From: Felis catus
Taxonomy: Eukaryota
Assembly (NCBI RefSeq): GCF_018350175.1
Contig: NC_058374.1
Span: forward strand, 41,850,001 to 41,914,000
Direction: 5' to 3'
DNA length: 64,000 nt
The notes beneath the pieces are model-generated. The model saw nothing but the letters and a program-made list of their open reading frames with translations. It was not told the DNA's origin and did no database searches. Positions 50,672-63,810 of the stretch are shown piece by piece (position 1 is the stretch's first letter; every line of letters starts with the position of its first letter). The position numbers and the translations under genes are program-made.

Positions 50672-52179
50672 TGGACTTGATCATTATTAAAGAGGGAAAA
50701 ACAATAGTGGAGACAGAGGGGGACAGATAATTTAGAAGCTGGCAGACTGGCAAAACCAAAGAAAGACAAAGACAGCATAAAAGAAAATTTGTTTTTCATT
50801 GATATTTCTGGGGAAGAGACTTAGTCACATCTTTGAAGTTTATTCTCTAGATTATCTCTGGACATCCCACTCTGCAACTGCCCCTTTTCCTCTTGCCCCA
50901 AAGGCAGTTTGGCATGTGATCAGTTATTCTCTCAGTGAGCATTCTGTGGCCCAGACTTATAAGTGTGGTCCCTCACCTTCCAGCCTCTCCCTTCTCATCC
51001 CATTATGTCCAACTTTCACAGAATTGGATAGGAGATCTGGCCTTCTCTTTTTTTTTTTTTTTTCCACTACGTGGTATTGTCTACCTACTGCTTTTTAGGT
51101 GTGTAGAAAACTTTCTCTTCTTTCTTCCAAAACAAGAATCTGATGTCCGTCATTTTTACCTTTGTCTGATTTTAAATCAGTGTATTACCTCTCCTAAGAG
51201 TATTTACAAATTACAACTTAGCTTCTAACTGTGAGACAAAGCTCCAAACCTGGGCTTTGTCTGAAGTTAAAAAGAAATTATTGAATATGTGGGGATGAAG
51301 ACGGAAGCGCAAGAGCTCATTTTCAGAGTCCCCAGAGACATACTTCATAGGCAGCCATCTACCCCAGAAATTGAAGGAATGTAATTTTACAAGTAACCTT
51401 TATGTCCCCCACAACCAGAGTTCGTGTCTCCCTTCTCCCTTGCCTTCCCTTCCCTTTCCTGTCCCTCCCTTTCCCTCCCTCTCTTTCTCTTTCCTTCTTC
51501 CCTCNNNNNNNNNNNNNNNNNNNNNNNNNNNNNNNNNNNNNNNNNNNNNNNNNNNNNNNNNNNNNNNNNNNNNNNNNNNNNNNNNNNNNNNNNNNNNNNN
51601 NNNNNNNNNNNNNNNNNNNNNNNNNNNNNNNNNNNNNNNNNNNNNNGATGAACTCTGATGAACAGAAATTCTTCAGTCACTGGATTGTCTTGTATATGAC
51701 AAGATGTAGGAGGGGTGTGGACCCTGCCAGGAGTGAGGCTTAACACAAGGAGGATAGGATTTGGGGAAGGAAGAGAAACAATGTGGTTCTCACATTCCCT
51801 GCTCTATCTGATGGAGTCAAAGTCAGGAAGTCCTTGTGAGAGTAGAGCTGGGCCAGAAAAGGAGCCCCCATTAGATTGTGAGGTCATGCATTTGGGGCAA
51901 TCCCAGGACAGTTGGATATTAAGACAGAATGAGGGTGGGGCAATGATGTCCGAGTCAGGGGAGGCTGGATTTCCTGCCTGAGCCAAAGCGAATGGGTGTG
52001 ATTGAGTGTAGGTGTGTATGTATAGGCACATATGTATTGGGGAAGCGAGAAAAACCCTGAAAATTAGTGCTAAGGTGCCCTAGGTAGAGTAAGCTGTACT
52101 GTGAACACCAGGTCAGGGTAAGATTAAAAAGTGACTCAGGAGCATGTTTCTTAAGTCAACTTTTCAGTTTGTTTTCATA

Positions 52180-53090
52180 TCCGTATCCACTCAGCAAATA
52201 TTTATTAAATGTCTACTATGTGTCAGGTAATATTCCTGGCTCTGGAGATACAGTAGTGAGAGAAAAATAAAGCAAGGTAGACGGGGGATAGAGGAATAGG
52301 CAAGTAGCTGGGAAGTGGTGGTTGCTTTTTAGGGTGACTAGGGAAGTTCCCCCTGATGAGATGACATTTAAGCAGAGACCTAACAAGCTCAGGAATAGAT
52401 GAGGTGAGTGCAGTCTGGGCAGAGGAAATAGTAAGAGCAAAGGCCCCGAGGCAGAAGAATGCTTAGTGTGTTCAAGGGACCACAAAGAAGGCAATGTGCC
52501 TAGACTGAGGAAGAGCACTATTGGATATGAGAAGATAGGAAGATAGGAAGAGCAGTAGTAAGAGACAAGGTCACAGAGAAAGAAGGAAGCCAGATAATGT
52601 GGGATTTTGTAAGACCTACAAAAGGATCACTTTGACTACTGTATGGAGAATAGACTATTGGAGGACAAATCGTCCCTGTTGGGGGACAAATAGTCCCTTT
52701 CTGGAGAAACAGACCTATTAGCATGCTGTTGCCATAATCCAGGTGAGATCTGCCGGTACCTTAGAGTAGATCAGAAACAGTGGAGGAGGNNNNNNNNNNN
52801 NNNNNNNNNNNNNNNNNNNNNNNNNNNNNNNNNNNNNNNNNNNNNNNNNNNNNNNNNNNNNNNNNNNNNNNNNNNNNNNNNNNNNNNNNNNNNNNNNNNN
52901 NNNNNNNNNNNNNNNNNNNNNNNNNNNNNNNNNNNNNNNNNNNNNNNNNNNNNNNNNNNNNNNNNNNNNNNNNNNNNCCTCCTCCACTGTTTCTGATCTA
53001 CTCTAAGGTAATTTTTTTAATATTTATTTATTTTTGTGAAGAGTCAAGAATAACTCCAAAGTTTCTTGACCTGGGTGCCTGAATGAGAAA
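52180..53090 (-). mobile_element. L2 LINE fragment
   Basis: cactcagcaaatatttattaaatgtctactatgtgtcagg...gtgacattt..agcagagacct. Confidence 0.65.
52757..53010. repeat. Perfect 33-bp inverted repeat (52757-52789 / 52978-53010) flanking an N gap
   Basis: taccttagagtagatcagaaacagtggaggagg and its exact reverse complement. Confidence 0.9.
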
Positions 53091-53287
53091 GAAATGACCA
53101 TTCTGCTTTCCCCATTGTACTGAGAACATACAAGTACTGGTCTGAGAATATACTGAAATTGTGTCTGGCTGTAAGATTCTGACCATGTGGCTGGCTACAC
53201 AGGATAACTGATCCAGATAGTCTTACCTTTAGCAGCTGACTACCTAAAGTAGAAGGAGATGTAGACAACAGAAATAAGTGAATTCCA

Positions 53288-53441
53288 GGGGTGCCTGGGT
53301 GGCTCAGTCAGCTTAGGTCATGATCTCACAGTTCATGAGTTGGAGCCCCGCGTCGGGCTCTGTGCTGACAACTCAGAGCCTGGAGCCTGCTTTGGATTCT
53401 GCGTCTCCCTCTCTCTCTGCCCCTTGCCTGCTTACGCTTGG

Positions 53442-53484
<43 letters not shown>

Positions 53485-53522
53485 CTCAAAAAAAAAAAAA
53501 AAAAATTTAAAAAAATAAAAAT
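53288..53522 (+). mobile_element. Can-SINE with a small internal deletion and a long (CT)n tract
   Basis: Flanks aaataagtga(a/g)ttc. Confidence 0.85.
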
Positions 53523-53739
53523 AAATAAGTGAGTTCTATATGCAGTTTGACCACACGATACTAGTTGTTAGACCATCTTGAGTAGATATGGTAATGTGAA
53601 TAATCAGCATTAGAATTTGAGGTTTTAAGTCTTAAGAACTTCCTATCGTCTAATCTTTTCAAGAAGACATTCTGAAGGAGGCAGAATGCCTTGTGATTAA
53701 CACAGACATAAGGATTGGAGTTTGTGCTACCTGTGCGGT

Positions 53740-54560
53740 AGTTCCTGTCAATATTTGCTGAACTCTTACTATGTACCAGGCATGGTGCTAGGTGCTGGGA
53801 ATAAAAAGACAAGGAAGACATGGTCTCTGCCCAAGAAGTTTCACAGCTTAGCAAGGGTAGGCAGCATGGATTTGATTATAATCCTGTGATGAAGGCTGCA
53901 AGAGAAAAATGTATATTAAAAGTGCAAAAGTGGTTCAGAAGAAGGAGTCAGTGACCTGGGGACTGGGGTAGGGAATCCAGGAGGGTACTCCAGGCAGGAT
54001 ATGCGATCAGTGCAAAAGTACGCTTGCTCCATTTGGGAAGAACTGTAAGGAGGAAAACATTGAATGAAGCAAAACTTTTGAGGGAACAGTGCTGAGAGAT
54101 AAGAGTACATAGGTTCAAAGGGACTAGAACTTGAAGGGCCCTGTTTGCTTCTGGACCTCATCCTATAGGTGTGGGGAAGCTATCAAGAGGTTTTATGTAG
54201 GGAAATGACAACAGTCCATTTGTATTTTAGGTAGAAAGTCAGTTTATGCATTTCAGGAAACATTTTTGAGCTTCTCCAATATGCCAGGTAGGTCAGTGCT
54301 GGAGATACAAACATTCTTAGATCATGGTTGAAAACCCTAGTGAATTAAGCTTAAAGTCAACAAGTGATGTTCACTTCTCGAGTGAGACAGGACTGAGTTT
54401 GGAGAGAAGGGGAGGCACTTAAGGAATCTTTAGAAAGTGAGATGTGGGAGTCCTGGGGAGGGAAAGAAAAGGTGGTCTTGGATGACTCTGCGGCAGGAAT
54501 GAACTGGTGAAGGACAGTACCTTTAACTGAACTAGAAAACAAGGGAATTTCACCTGGATC
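53740..54560 (-). mobile_element. L2 fragments
   Basis: ttactatgtaccaggcatggtgctaggtgctggga...tggtctctgccc. Confidence 0.6.
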
Positions 54561-55210
54561 ACGTCAGGTTTGAGGAGCTCCAGAGGATCCAAGAATTGAT
54601 GAACAGAAGGGAAGGAGTCCCAGTGTTAGAGAGAGGGGTTTGAGAGGCATCCATATTTGAGGTCTGTGCTGGCAGTGGGGCTTAAAACCAGGGACATACA
54701 TGTGGAATCGCTAAGGGAGGCTGAGTCACAGGCAAGTGTTCGGGCAACACTGTCATTCATTGCCTTCTCCTGGTTACTGAGTCCTCCCTCTGCACAAAAT
54801 GAGTCTCTAGCTGTCATGCCTGGTAACATTTTCCTGTAGCTTTTTCATTTTTACTTTCTGTCCTCTGCCTCAGCCACATGGTGTGTTGAATTTGTGAAAC
54901 TGTGGAAACCCTGAGCGGACGTGCACCTACGGTAAAGTATACAACAACAATGGCCCATGTGACTTTCAACACAGCAGCCAGAGTTGCTCTGGACATTCTG
55001 TTGATTTCAGTTCAGGTCATGATCCCGGGGCCCAGGAAGCCTGCTTAAGATTCTCTCTCTCCCCCTCTGCTCCTCTGCCNNNNNNNNNNNNNNNNNNNNN
55101 NNNNNNNNNNNNNNNNNNNNNNNNNNNNNNNNNNNNNNNNNNNNNNNNNNNNNNNNNNNNNNNNNNNNNNNNNNNNNNNNNNNNNNNNNNNNNNNNNNNN
55201 NNNNNNNNNN

Positions 55211-55271
55211 ACTGCATTGGAAAGTGCAGATATAGAACATTTCCATCATCACAGAAAATCTTATTGGACAG
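55211..55271. mobile_element. MER3-like hAT transposon end
   Basis: gatatagaacatttccatcatcacagaaaatcttattggacag. Confidence 0.65.
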
Positions 55272-56249
55272 AGCCAGAAAGCACCTATAAATGTTCCTTC
55301 TGGACTTTTTAGAGGGTCTGTGAAGGCTTTTTGAAAAGAATGCACATGGAGAGAAATTAAAGGAGGACAGTAGAGGGTCGGGCAGTGGCAAACTATGCTT
55401 GGTCTAAAAGTGAAGGAGGTCAGGAAGAGGGCATGGAGAATTAAAGAAGCCAGTCAAAAAATCTGGAGGAGACGTAGGATGGTAAAACCAATTCTTTTTG
55501 CTGGAGAGAAGATTCATGGGGAAGTAAGAAAGCCCACAACTTTTGGTTGTGACGATGATAGCATAAAAAGACAGTGACCACCAGGACATCAGTAGTTAGA
55601 AAATCCCAAGTCAGAGAGAGAGGCAAGTCAGTGTCCTGGGAGTGGGTTGTGTGTTTCCTGGGCCTGCTCAAAGAAGAAGGTAGAGAAGGCTCAGAGAATG
55701 GGTCCGAAATGATGTGTCAGGGCTTGGAATTCAGTGATTTATTGAGCTCTTCCTCTGTGGTGCCTCCAGTCGTGCTAGGTCTAGTGCACAGGGACGGGAG
55801 AGACCATCAGTAAGGGTGGAGGAACCAACAGAGGCTGTTTGGAGTTGGGAACAATGTATAAGGATTTGGAAAACCGGGAGAGATCTGGGAGGCATTTTGG
55901 AAAAGTGTACTGATAGAGGGGACCATGTGCTGTCTGGTTTGCCTGGTAGATAGAGTGCTGGACACATGTCCCTTTTCAGGTTGCCCTTGAAATTTCCCCA
56001 TCTGTTCCTTGAGGGCAGGGACCATTTTTCAGGTTTTGTGTCTCTATCACGGAGCGTGGTGGCTGACACCAAGGAGGAGCTCAATAAAAATTTGTTGAAA
56101 TGCAAGGGTTCAGGCTTCATAAAGGAGGCAAAAAGAAAACTTGGAATTTAAAAACTTTACCTCTACTTAAAAGTGCGTAGAACATGATGATGGATACAAC
56201 TGGACGGGTAGTGTTCATGATGGATGTGCCTTACTGTTGTGAGGAGGCT

Positions 56250-56718
56250 TTCTTTTTTTTTTCTTTTCTTTTTTAAAAATTTTAAAAAATATTTTATTTA
56301 TTTTTGATAGAGAGAGACAGAGCACAAGTGGGGGAGGGGCAGAGAGAGAAGGAGACCCAGAATCCGAAGCAGGCTCCAGGCTCCGAGCTGTCAGCACAGA
56401 GTCTGATGCGGGGCTCAAACTCACACATTGCGAGATCATGACCTGAGTCGAAGTCGGACGCTCAACCGACTGAGCCACCCAGGCGCCCCTCTTTTCTTTT
56501 TTTAAAATGTTTATTTATTTTTGATGGAGAGAGAGAGAGAGAGAGAGAATGAGAGAGCATGGTGCACACACATGAGCAGGGGAGAGGCAGGATCTGGAGC
56601 AGGCTCTGCGCTGTCAGCACAGAGTCGGACACAGGGCTAGAACCCACGGAATTGTGACATCATGACCTGAGCTGAAATCAAGAGTCAGATGCTTAACCGA
56701 TTGAGCCACTGGGCACGC
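56250..56718 (-). mobile_element. Two tandem Can-SINEs
   Basis: Bodies at 56250-56489 and 56490-56718. Confidence 0.85.
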
Positions 56719-57094
56719 TGTGAAGAGGATTTCTTAAGGAACATTCCTGTAGGCAATGAACTCAAACGTGAGCAAACTTAGGCTGGTTTAGGCATCTCTC
56801 TAGGGGTCCCTCTCCTCTCAACTCTCCACTGAATTTTGAAAAGATGAAAAAAAAAAAAAAGGAAAAATGAGGAATAGAAAATGAGTTATTGGAAGTGGAA
56901 TGAGAATAAAAAAAGCAGTGAGGAGTCCAACTCCTTAGCAGTGGGGAGGTCCAACTTTCAGGTTTCTGTTGTCCAATGCCTTCACTGATAACTAGGCCTT
57001 CCTTAGCACTTAACTTATCAGATACACAGGCAAGCTGAAAAACCTCAGGAAACTGGAGAGAGGGAAGAATTCACTTAGGAATAAGATAGCAATT

Positions 57095-57203
57095 GGGACG
57101 CCTGGCTGGCTCAGTCGGTGGAGCATATGACTCTTGATCTATGTAAGTTCGAGTCCCAGGTTGGGTGCAGAGATTACTTAACAAAATAATAATAAAAAAT
57201 AAA
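57095..57203 (+). mobile_element. Short Can-SINE
   Basis: gggacgcctggctggctcagtcggtggagcat...gttcgagtccc, then an A tail. Confidence 0.75.
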
Positions 57204-59639
57204 AAGTCTGCCTGGGTCCTTCCCTCACAGAGCTGACACTCTAGTGGGGAAACTGAAGAACAACTTGCCACATTTCAAAAGACTGAGAAGGTAATAATTA
57301 GAATTGAACACCTTCCAGACGGTAAGGAAGTAAATCTCTAGGATGTCAAGCCAGAAGTCCTGGTTTCCAGGGGCTCATGCCTCCCTTATTCTCACCTGGC
57401 TTCCCTTTTCCAACCTCCAGAAAATTCGTAAGAAGCACCAGGTTTCCCCATTCAACTAGTGGGAGAAAATCTCAGTTGGACTGGGGAGTAATAGAACCCT
57501 ATGAATAGGCAAGCCTCTACAAGGTCTCAGAAATAGTTCTCTGGAAAGGAGCAAACACAAGCTGGCATCATTTAACACCGCTGGCCCCAGAGGCCCAGAG
57601 ACTAACCCTAAGGGGTATGGGGTTAGGCTTTCAGCTCACGGCTTACTCCAAATTCATCCTAAGTTTCACTTCTAGCTTCTTTCTCCTGAAGCCAAGACTT
57701 CAGGAGACTGGTCTGCTGTCCAACCAGACAGGAAAGCATAAGAGATGCTTCTCCCATGCAGGAAGGGAATTAGATCCAGGCCTTCTGCTTCCTGGATCTT
57801 TTTCTTGTGGTCCCTGGGGACCCTANNNNNNNNNNNNNNNNNNNNNNNNNNNNNNNNNNNNNNNNNNNNNNNNNNNNNNNNNNNNNNNNNNNNNNNNNNN
57901 NNNNNNNNNNNNNNNNNNNNNNNNNNNNNNNNNNNNNNNNNNNNNNNNNNNNNNNNNNNNNNNNNNNNNNNNNNNNNNNNNNNNNNNNNNNNNNNNNNNN
58001 NNNNNNNNNNNNNNNNNNNNNNNNNNNNNNNNNNNNNNNNNNNNNNNNNNNNCCCCGGTGGTCCCAGTTAGAGAAATGGGAGGCCAGGCCCTCCTACAAG
58101 GGTGAGAGGGAGGGTCCCAGGCTCTCTCCAGGGCGGGGAGAAAGGACAGTGGAGGGGCTGGTCCCCTGTGGGGCTGGAGTGGGGGGAGTGGNNNNNNNNN
58201 NNNNNNNNNNNNNNNNNNNNNNNNNNNNNNNNNNNNNNNNNNNNNNNNNNNNNNNNNNNNNNNNNNNNNNNNNNNNNNNNNNNNNNNNNNNNNNNNNNNN
58301 NNNNNNNNNNNNNNNNNNNNNNNNNNNNNNNNNNNNNNNNNNNNNNNNNNNNNNNNNNNNNNNNNNNNNNNNNNNNNNNNNNNNNNNNNNNNNNNNNNNN
58401 NNNNNNNNNNNNNNNNNNNNNNNNNNNNNNNNNNNCTGGGAGGTGGAGAAGGGGATGAGGAAAGGAGGGTGGGAAGGAGAGGAAAGAGACTGACAGGAGG
58501 GAGCGAGACTGGGAGACTGGGTGGGGGGTAAAGGAGAGGGGAGAGGGAGAGAAATGAAGCAAGAAGAGTACAGAGATGGAGCGGGTCAGAGATCGCTAAA
58601 GACATCAGTGAGTGAGTCAGAGAAACAGATCGAGATAGAGATGGAAAGATCTCCGAGAACGATGATCAGAGTCTGTCCGGCAAGGAAAAACCTGGGTGGG
58701 GCTCCAAGATTTTTGAGGAGATGGAGACCGAGAAACTGATAGAAGAGTCAGAAGGAGAAATTGGGAAGTGTGTACACCACGGGCCCAAAAGATGGTATTT
58801 TTAAGCACTCAGATACCAAATGATGATGACTGATCAGTGTGTCCTTCTTAAGAAAATAAAAATAATAAGACAAATAATGATAATGATAGACAAATATGGG
58901 AGTGTACACACACCAAAGGTATCTTTTTCCAAACCCTAGCCTTCCACTCCATCCACCTTCCTGACGGTTAACACACCCAGCTCCTGAAATTCCAAGCTTC
59001 TCAAAATCATCCAAAGATACCAAGACTGAGGGCCTGGAACTGAGGATGAGTGGTACAGGGCGGGGCTGGAACTCCAGACCTGAACCCCTTGGAAAGGGGG
59101 CAAATACAATCCAGAAAGGCTAGGGAAGATGGCAACCGAGGAAAGAGAAAAGGAAAGGGAGGGAAAATGTGGACAATCAGGACCTGGAGAGGAGTTGGAG
59201 GGAATCAGCAAAGGATATAGGGCCTGGTGACAGACTCACATGGGACAGGAACAGTGTGGTCTGGGCGGGGGGGGGGGGGGGGGGGGGGGGGGGAGATCAG
59301 AGATGGAAGGGTAGAAGACGGAGATGAGAGGTGGAGAAGAGGCAACCGAAGAATGAGAGATGTGAGGTATAAATTGTTGTGAGGGAGGGGTCTGGGTACA
59401 GATGAATGAACAGGGATGAAGAGAAAAAGAAGGACCAGGCGAAGACAAGTGAGATGAGATGGGCGAATAAGAGCGGTCCGAGATGGAAGAGAAGGAAGGA
59501 GCCTGGAGGGCCTCTGACACCTCTAGATCTCGAGAAAGATCCAGGACGGGAGGAACCCAGTAGGGGTCACAAATGTCAGCCTAGGGCAGGACAGAGGGTG
59601 TGCTGCCCTTTTGGCCCTTCCATCTTAAGGCCAGAGAAT

Positions 59640-61100
59640 GGAGATGCAGGACGGGAACGGAAAGCCAGCGCGATGTGGAAGTAGCTCCGCCACCCTCTTC
59701 CTCTTCTTTAAGCTTTTGGTTTCTCAAATACCTGCCCGGCCTTTCCATCTGCTTCTCCCACCCCATCCCTTGGCAAAATCTCAGGATTTCTTGCGGGGGG
59801 GCCGGGAGGGGGGTTGGGGGAGGGTCAGTAGGATTCTGGCCATCCCTCCAGTCCGCCCCCAAAAGACAGACTCCACTTTCGCAGGCAGTAGGTCGGGATT
59901 CGGAGAGGTCCCTCCCCGCAGGAACCCCACCCCTTTCCACCTCCTCGCTCCACTCCTTTTCTCCTCGACCGTCAGTCTCTCCATTTCCCCTCCTGGTCCT
60001 GTCCTCCCTCCCNNNNNNNNNNNNNNNNNNNNNNNNNNNNNNNNNNNNNNNNNNNNNNNNNNNNNNNNNNNNNNNNNNNNNNNNNNNNNNNNNNNNNNNN
60101 NNNNNNNNNNNNNNNNNNNNNNNNNNNNNNNNNNNNNNNNNNNNNNNNNNNNNNNNNNNNNNNNNNNNTCCCTGCCCGGGGGCGGCAGCGGCTGGTCGGC
60201 GGCAGCTCTGCTGGTGCGGGGGCGGCGAGCCGAGGACCGAGCGACCGCGGCCGGAGCGCGCCNNNNNNNNNNNNNNNNNNNNNNNNNNNNNNNNNNNNNN
60301 NNNNNNNNNNNNNNNNNNNNNNNNNNNNNNNNNNNNNNNNNNNNNNNNNNNNNNNNNNNNNNNNNNNNNNNNNNNNNNNNNNNNNNNNNNNNNNNNNNNN
60401 NNNNNNNNNNNNNNNNNNNNNNNNNNNNNNNNNNNNNNNNNNNNNNNNNNNNNNNNNNNNNNNNNNNNNNNNNNNNNNNNNNNNNNNNNNNNNNNNNNNN
60501 NNNNNNNNNNNNNNNNNNNNNNNNNNNNNNNNNNNNNNNNNNNNNNNNNNNNNNNNNNNNNNNNNNNNNNNNNNNNNNNNNNNNNNNNNNNNNNCGGCCC
60601 GGACCGCGCGCGATCCCCGGGCTCCGCGCGGTCTTGCGCCCCACGCTAACCCCGACGGCCCCACGCTGCCCTGGCGCCGGGTCCCGGCGGACCCCACTCC
60701 GCCCTCCCCCCCGCTCCCCTGCCCGGCGCTGCCTACCCCGCTTCGCGCGGCTCCCGCCAGCGCCCTCTAGCTTCCAGAGCGCCGCGCGCCGCGGCTCCGG
60801 CCTCGCCGCTCGGCCCGCGCCCGGCCCCCGCCGCCGTCCCCACCCCTCTCCGGCTCCGGCTCCGGCTCGCGCGCCTCTACCCCGTCCGCTTCCCGTCGGA
60901 GCGCGCCCCGGCTCACTTTACCGTGCCCCTCCCCCGCTCCGTCTCTCCGCGCCCCGTTTCCCCGGCTCCCCTTCCAGTCTGACCTCACCTTTCCTCTCCT
61001 AAGCGGTTTGAGATCCTCCAGAGTAAACAGGACTCTCCCGGGAGGCTGCCGCTCTCGGGCCCCTCCCCTCGAGGCCCGACCGCCTCTTGCTTCTGTGCTC
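59640..61100. promoter_or_regulatory. PTMS CpG island (promoter, exon 1, start of intron 1), partly gapped
   Basis: Very GC/CpG-rich sequence about 3 kb upstream of PTMS exon 2. Confidence 0.8.
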
Positions 61101-63543
61101 GGACAGCTATTGCCTGTGTCTGTTTTCTCCTTCTCTCCTTTCCTTCCCTTCCATCTATATCCATTTCTTACCCCACTGGCCTTCAGCTTTCTTTTCTCTC
61201 CAGAGCCCCCTCCAGCCTCTCCCCTCACCCCCCGCCCCCTTCACGCTTGAAGAGTCTTGGATTCCTAAAAATCAGAAGCGGGGCGGGAATAGCCTTCGAG
61301 AAAGCTGAAGCTCAGCGTTACATGGCATTGCATCGAGCCGTCCTTGCTCTCATCAGCTCCCTTCCCTGGCCCCATCCCTTTGCCCTTGCCTCTCTTCCAG
61401 CCTTCCTCTAATTTCCCTAGGGAACCTGCTGAGTGTCGCTTTGGGAAATTAATTCGGCCAGCGCTTGGGGGCTGGGAGCCCGACTTCGGGGGAGGGGGTA
61501 GGGTTGGTTGTTGAGGAGGTCACAGAGGTCTCCTAGAGGCCCCAGAAGTGAAAGACGGCAACCAGTGGGATTAAAGGCAGTGGCAGAGAGGGGCTATGTG
61601 TGAGAGCTGATAAGGTGTGCCGTGTGGCCNNNNNNNNNNNNNNNNNNNNNNNNNNNNNNNNNNNNNNNNNNNNNNNNNNNNNNNNNNNNNNNNNNNNNNN
61701 NNNNNNNNNNNNNNNNNNNNNNNNNNNNNNNNNNNNNNNNNNNNNNNNNNNNNNNNNNNNNNNNNNNNNNNNNNNNNGTGCCGAATGGCTTTGCTGTGCT
61801 CTCGTGCTGTCTCAAGAGTGTGTGCCAGGATGCCCAAACACCGGGCCATGTGTCTCCGGATCTCGTGGGCGCTCCTCTGTAGCTGTGTGTGTGAATCGGT
61901 GTCAGCCTGTGTCAGTGTGTGTGCCTGTGTTGAGTTAATGAGGCCAGGGAGCTGCTTAGCACAAGACCTAGGTCACACACCCTCCTGGAAAAGGGATCAG
62001 GGAAGGACAGTGACCAGAAGGACAGGACAGGGGAGGAGAGGGCCCGGCCCCTTGGACTTTGGTCTCTGGTAGTCTCCCTCCCTCCCTGACGTTCTCCCTC
62101 CCTCCCTCCCTCTCTATCAGGCCAGATGGGAAACTCAGGCCAGGGCAGCACAGACCTGGTGCTGGGGCCCCCAGAGAGAAGCTGACTAGCCCCTGGCTCT
62201 CTAGGCCCAGGATGTAGAGGAGAGCCCACCAGGTAGTGGAAATGCCATCCCCATCATGTGGCAACGAAATGAGGGCAGGGAAGTGGCATGAAGAAACCTA
62301 GCTGGAGTGAGAGGGTCCAGTGTTCTGTGTTCCTCTCAAAGGGAAAAGGGAATTGAGTGTCCCTCCAGGTCAACCATTCTGCACCAACCTCTACTCCTAT
62401 TCCTGATCCTGTTCCAGAAAGGACACACCCTCCCGGGAGAGCCACTCACACAGAAAACTTCCATCCACATGGAATCAGATACACAGAGTTGCACACCAGC
62501 ACCACATCAGATGGCACAGGGACATCCACAGTTGAACAGTGCCTGCCAAGGGCGGTTGGGGGGGGGGTGTGTGGAAAGAGGACTGGAATCTAAATTGGAA
62601 GGGCCAGTGTGATGTCCAGAGAGAAGGGACCCATGCACAACTCCTGTCTGCCACATCAGAATAAGACATCAAAGGTGTGCCTGCTGGGTGGGCTCCTGGG
62701 GTGAAGGAGAGAGAGGGGGGCAGTGGAGGGAGGGCACTCTAGGCAGGTACCTTCCCCTACTACATTCCCATCCCACCCCAGACCTTGTTTGTCTTTCTCT
62801 CCATCTGCCATGTCCGATACCCTCTCCCTTCCATGTTTCCTTTATCGTACTTTACCTATGTTCCCCCTGGAAATGGTGACTTCTACCCTTCCACACCACT
62901 GCCTGCACCAGGGGCTGGGCTTGGGGAGGAGGAAACTACTCGGAACTGGTTTGGAGTAGGTGTGCATCAGGCTGGGGTGCTCTCCCTATTCCTGTCGTGT
63001 TTGGCCAAGTAGGAGCCTGAGGAGTTGGGGGACACACAGACAAACAAAGGCATTCAAGGCTGAGAGGGGAAGCCGGGAGGGATGCCCAGGAGAGAGAATA
63101 CTCAGGAAAAGGCCCCAGAGGTAGACAAAAGGCAGAGCAGGGCAGGCTGTGGGAGGGGGCAGGCCAGGAAGGCGGAGGGACCTCAAGAGGGGGTGGGGCA
63201 TCAGGGCTGCTAGCAGATGGAGGGGATTTGCTTTGCTGAGCTGAACTCTTCAGCCCAGGAGGTTTTGGAGAACTTGATGGGGGTCATGAGCAGTTACCTT
63301 GGCTGTCCATTCCTCTATCTTCATCACTTTTCTCTCCTCCCTTGAGTCTTGGGGAAGGTGTCTGGTCTCAGCCCCTTTGTGGCCGTAGGGACCCGGGGAC
63401 CTCTGTTCTGCCTCTGAGCTGTTGTGGCCAACTCCTCCGTTTTTACACTCCTCTAAAGCTCACTGCAGAGGGAGAACGGGGCGAGAGGGACCGGCTGCAG
63501 CTCATTTGTGGTGAGAGGAAGGTGACCTCTTTCTCTCTTGCAG

Positions 63544-63615
63544 GACCTGAAGGAGAAGAAAGAGAAGGTGGAGGAGAAGGCAAGCCGGAAAGAGCGAAAG
63601 AAAGAAGTGGTGGAG
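63544..63615 (+). CDS. PTMS: Parathymosin exon 2
   Basis: ttgcAG acceptor; DLKEKKEKVEEKASRKERKKEVVE; GT donor at 63616. Confidence 0.95.
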
Positions 63616-63810
63616 GTGCGCAGGGGTCAGGTGGAGACTCAGATCCCCCCTCCAGTTACTTTGGGGGGGCTGAGTCCTGCGTTTGCTTTGGCCCCTCCCA
63701 TCCTCCGCGCCCCACCCTTTGGGCCCTCAACACCCCTGCCATTGGTGGTGGTGGAGGCACACCGCCAGCCTGGCCAGCCTGACACTGCTCTCCCTCCTGG
63801 TCCCCCGCAG

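Noticed and set aside
57095-57170. tRNA-like A/B-box sequences here and at about 16908, 35859 and 36340
   Set aside because: tRNA-derived Can-SINE heads followed by A tails, not tRNA genes.
57617-62072. Long ORFs such as 59638-61002 (454 aa)
   Set aside because: Their length comes from runs of N translated as X.
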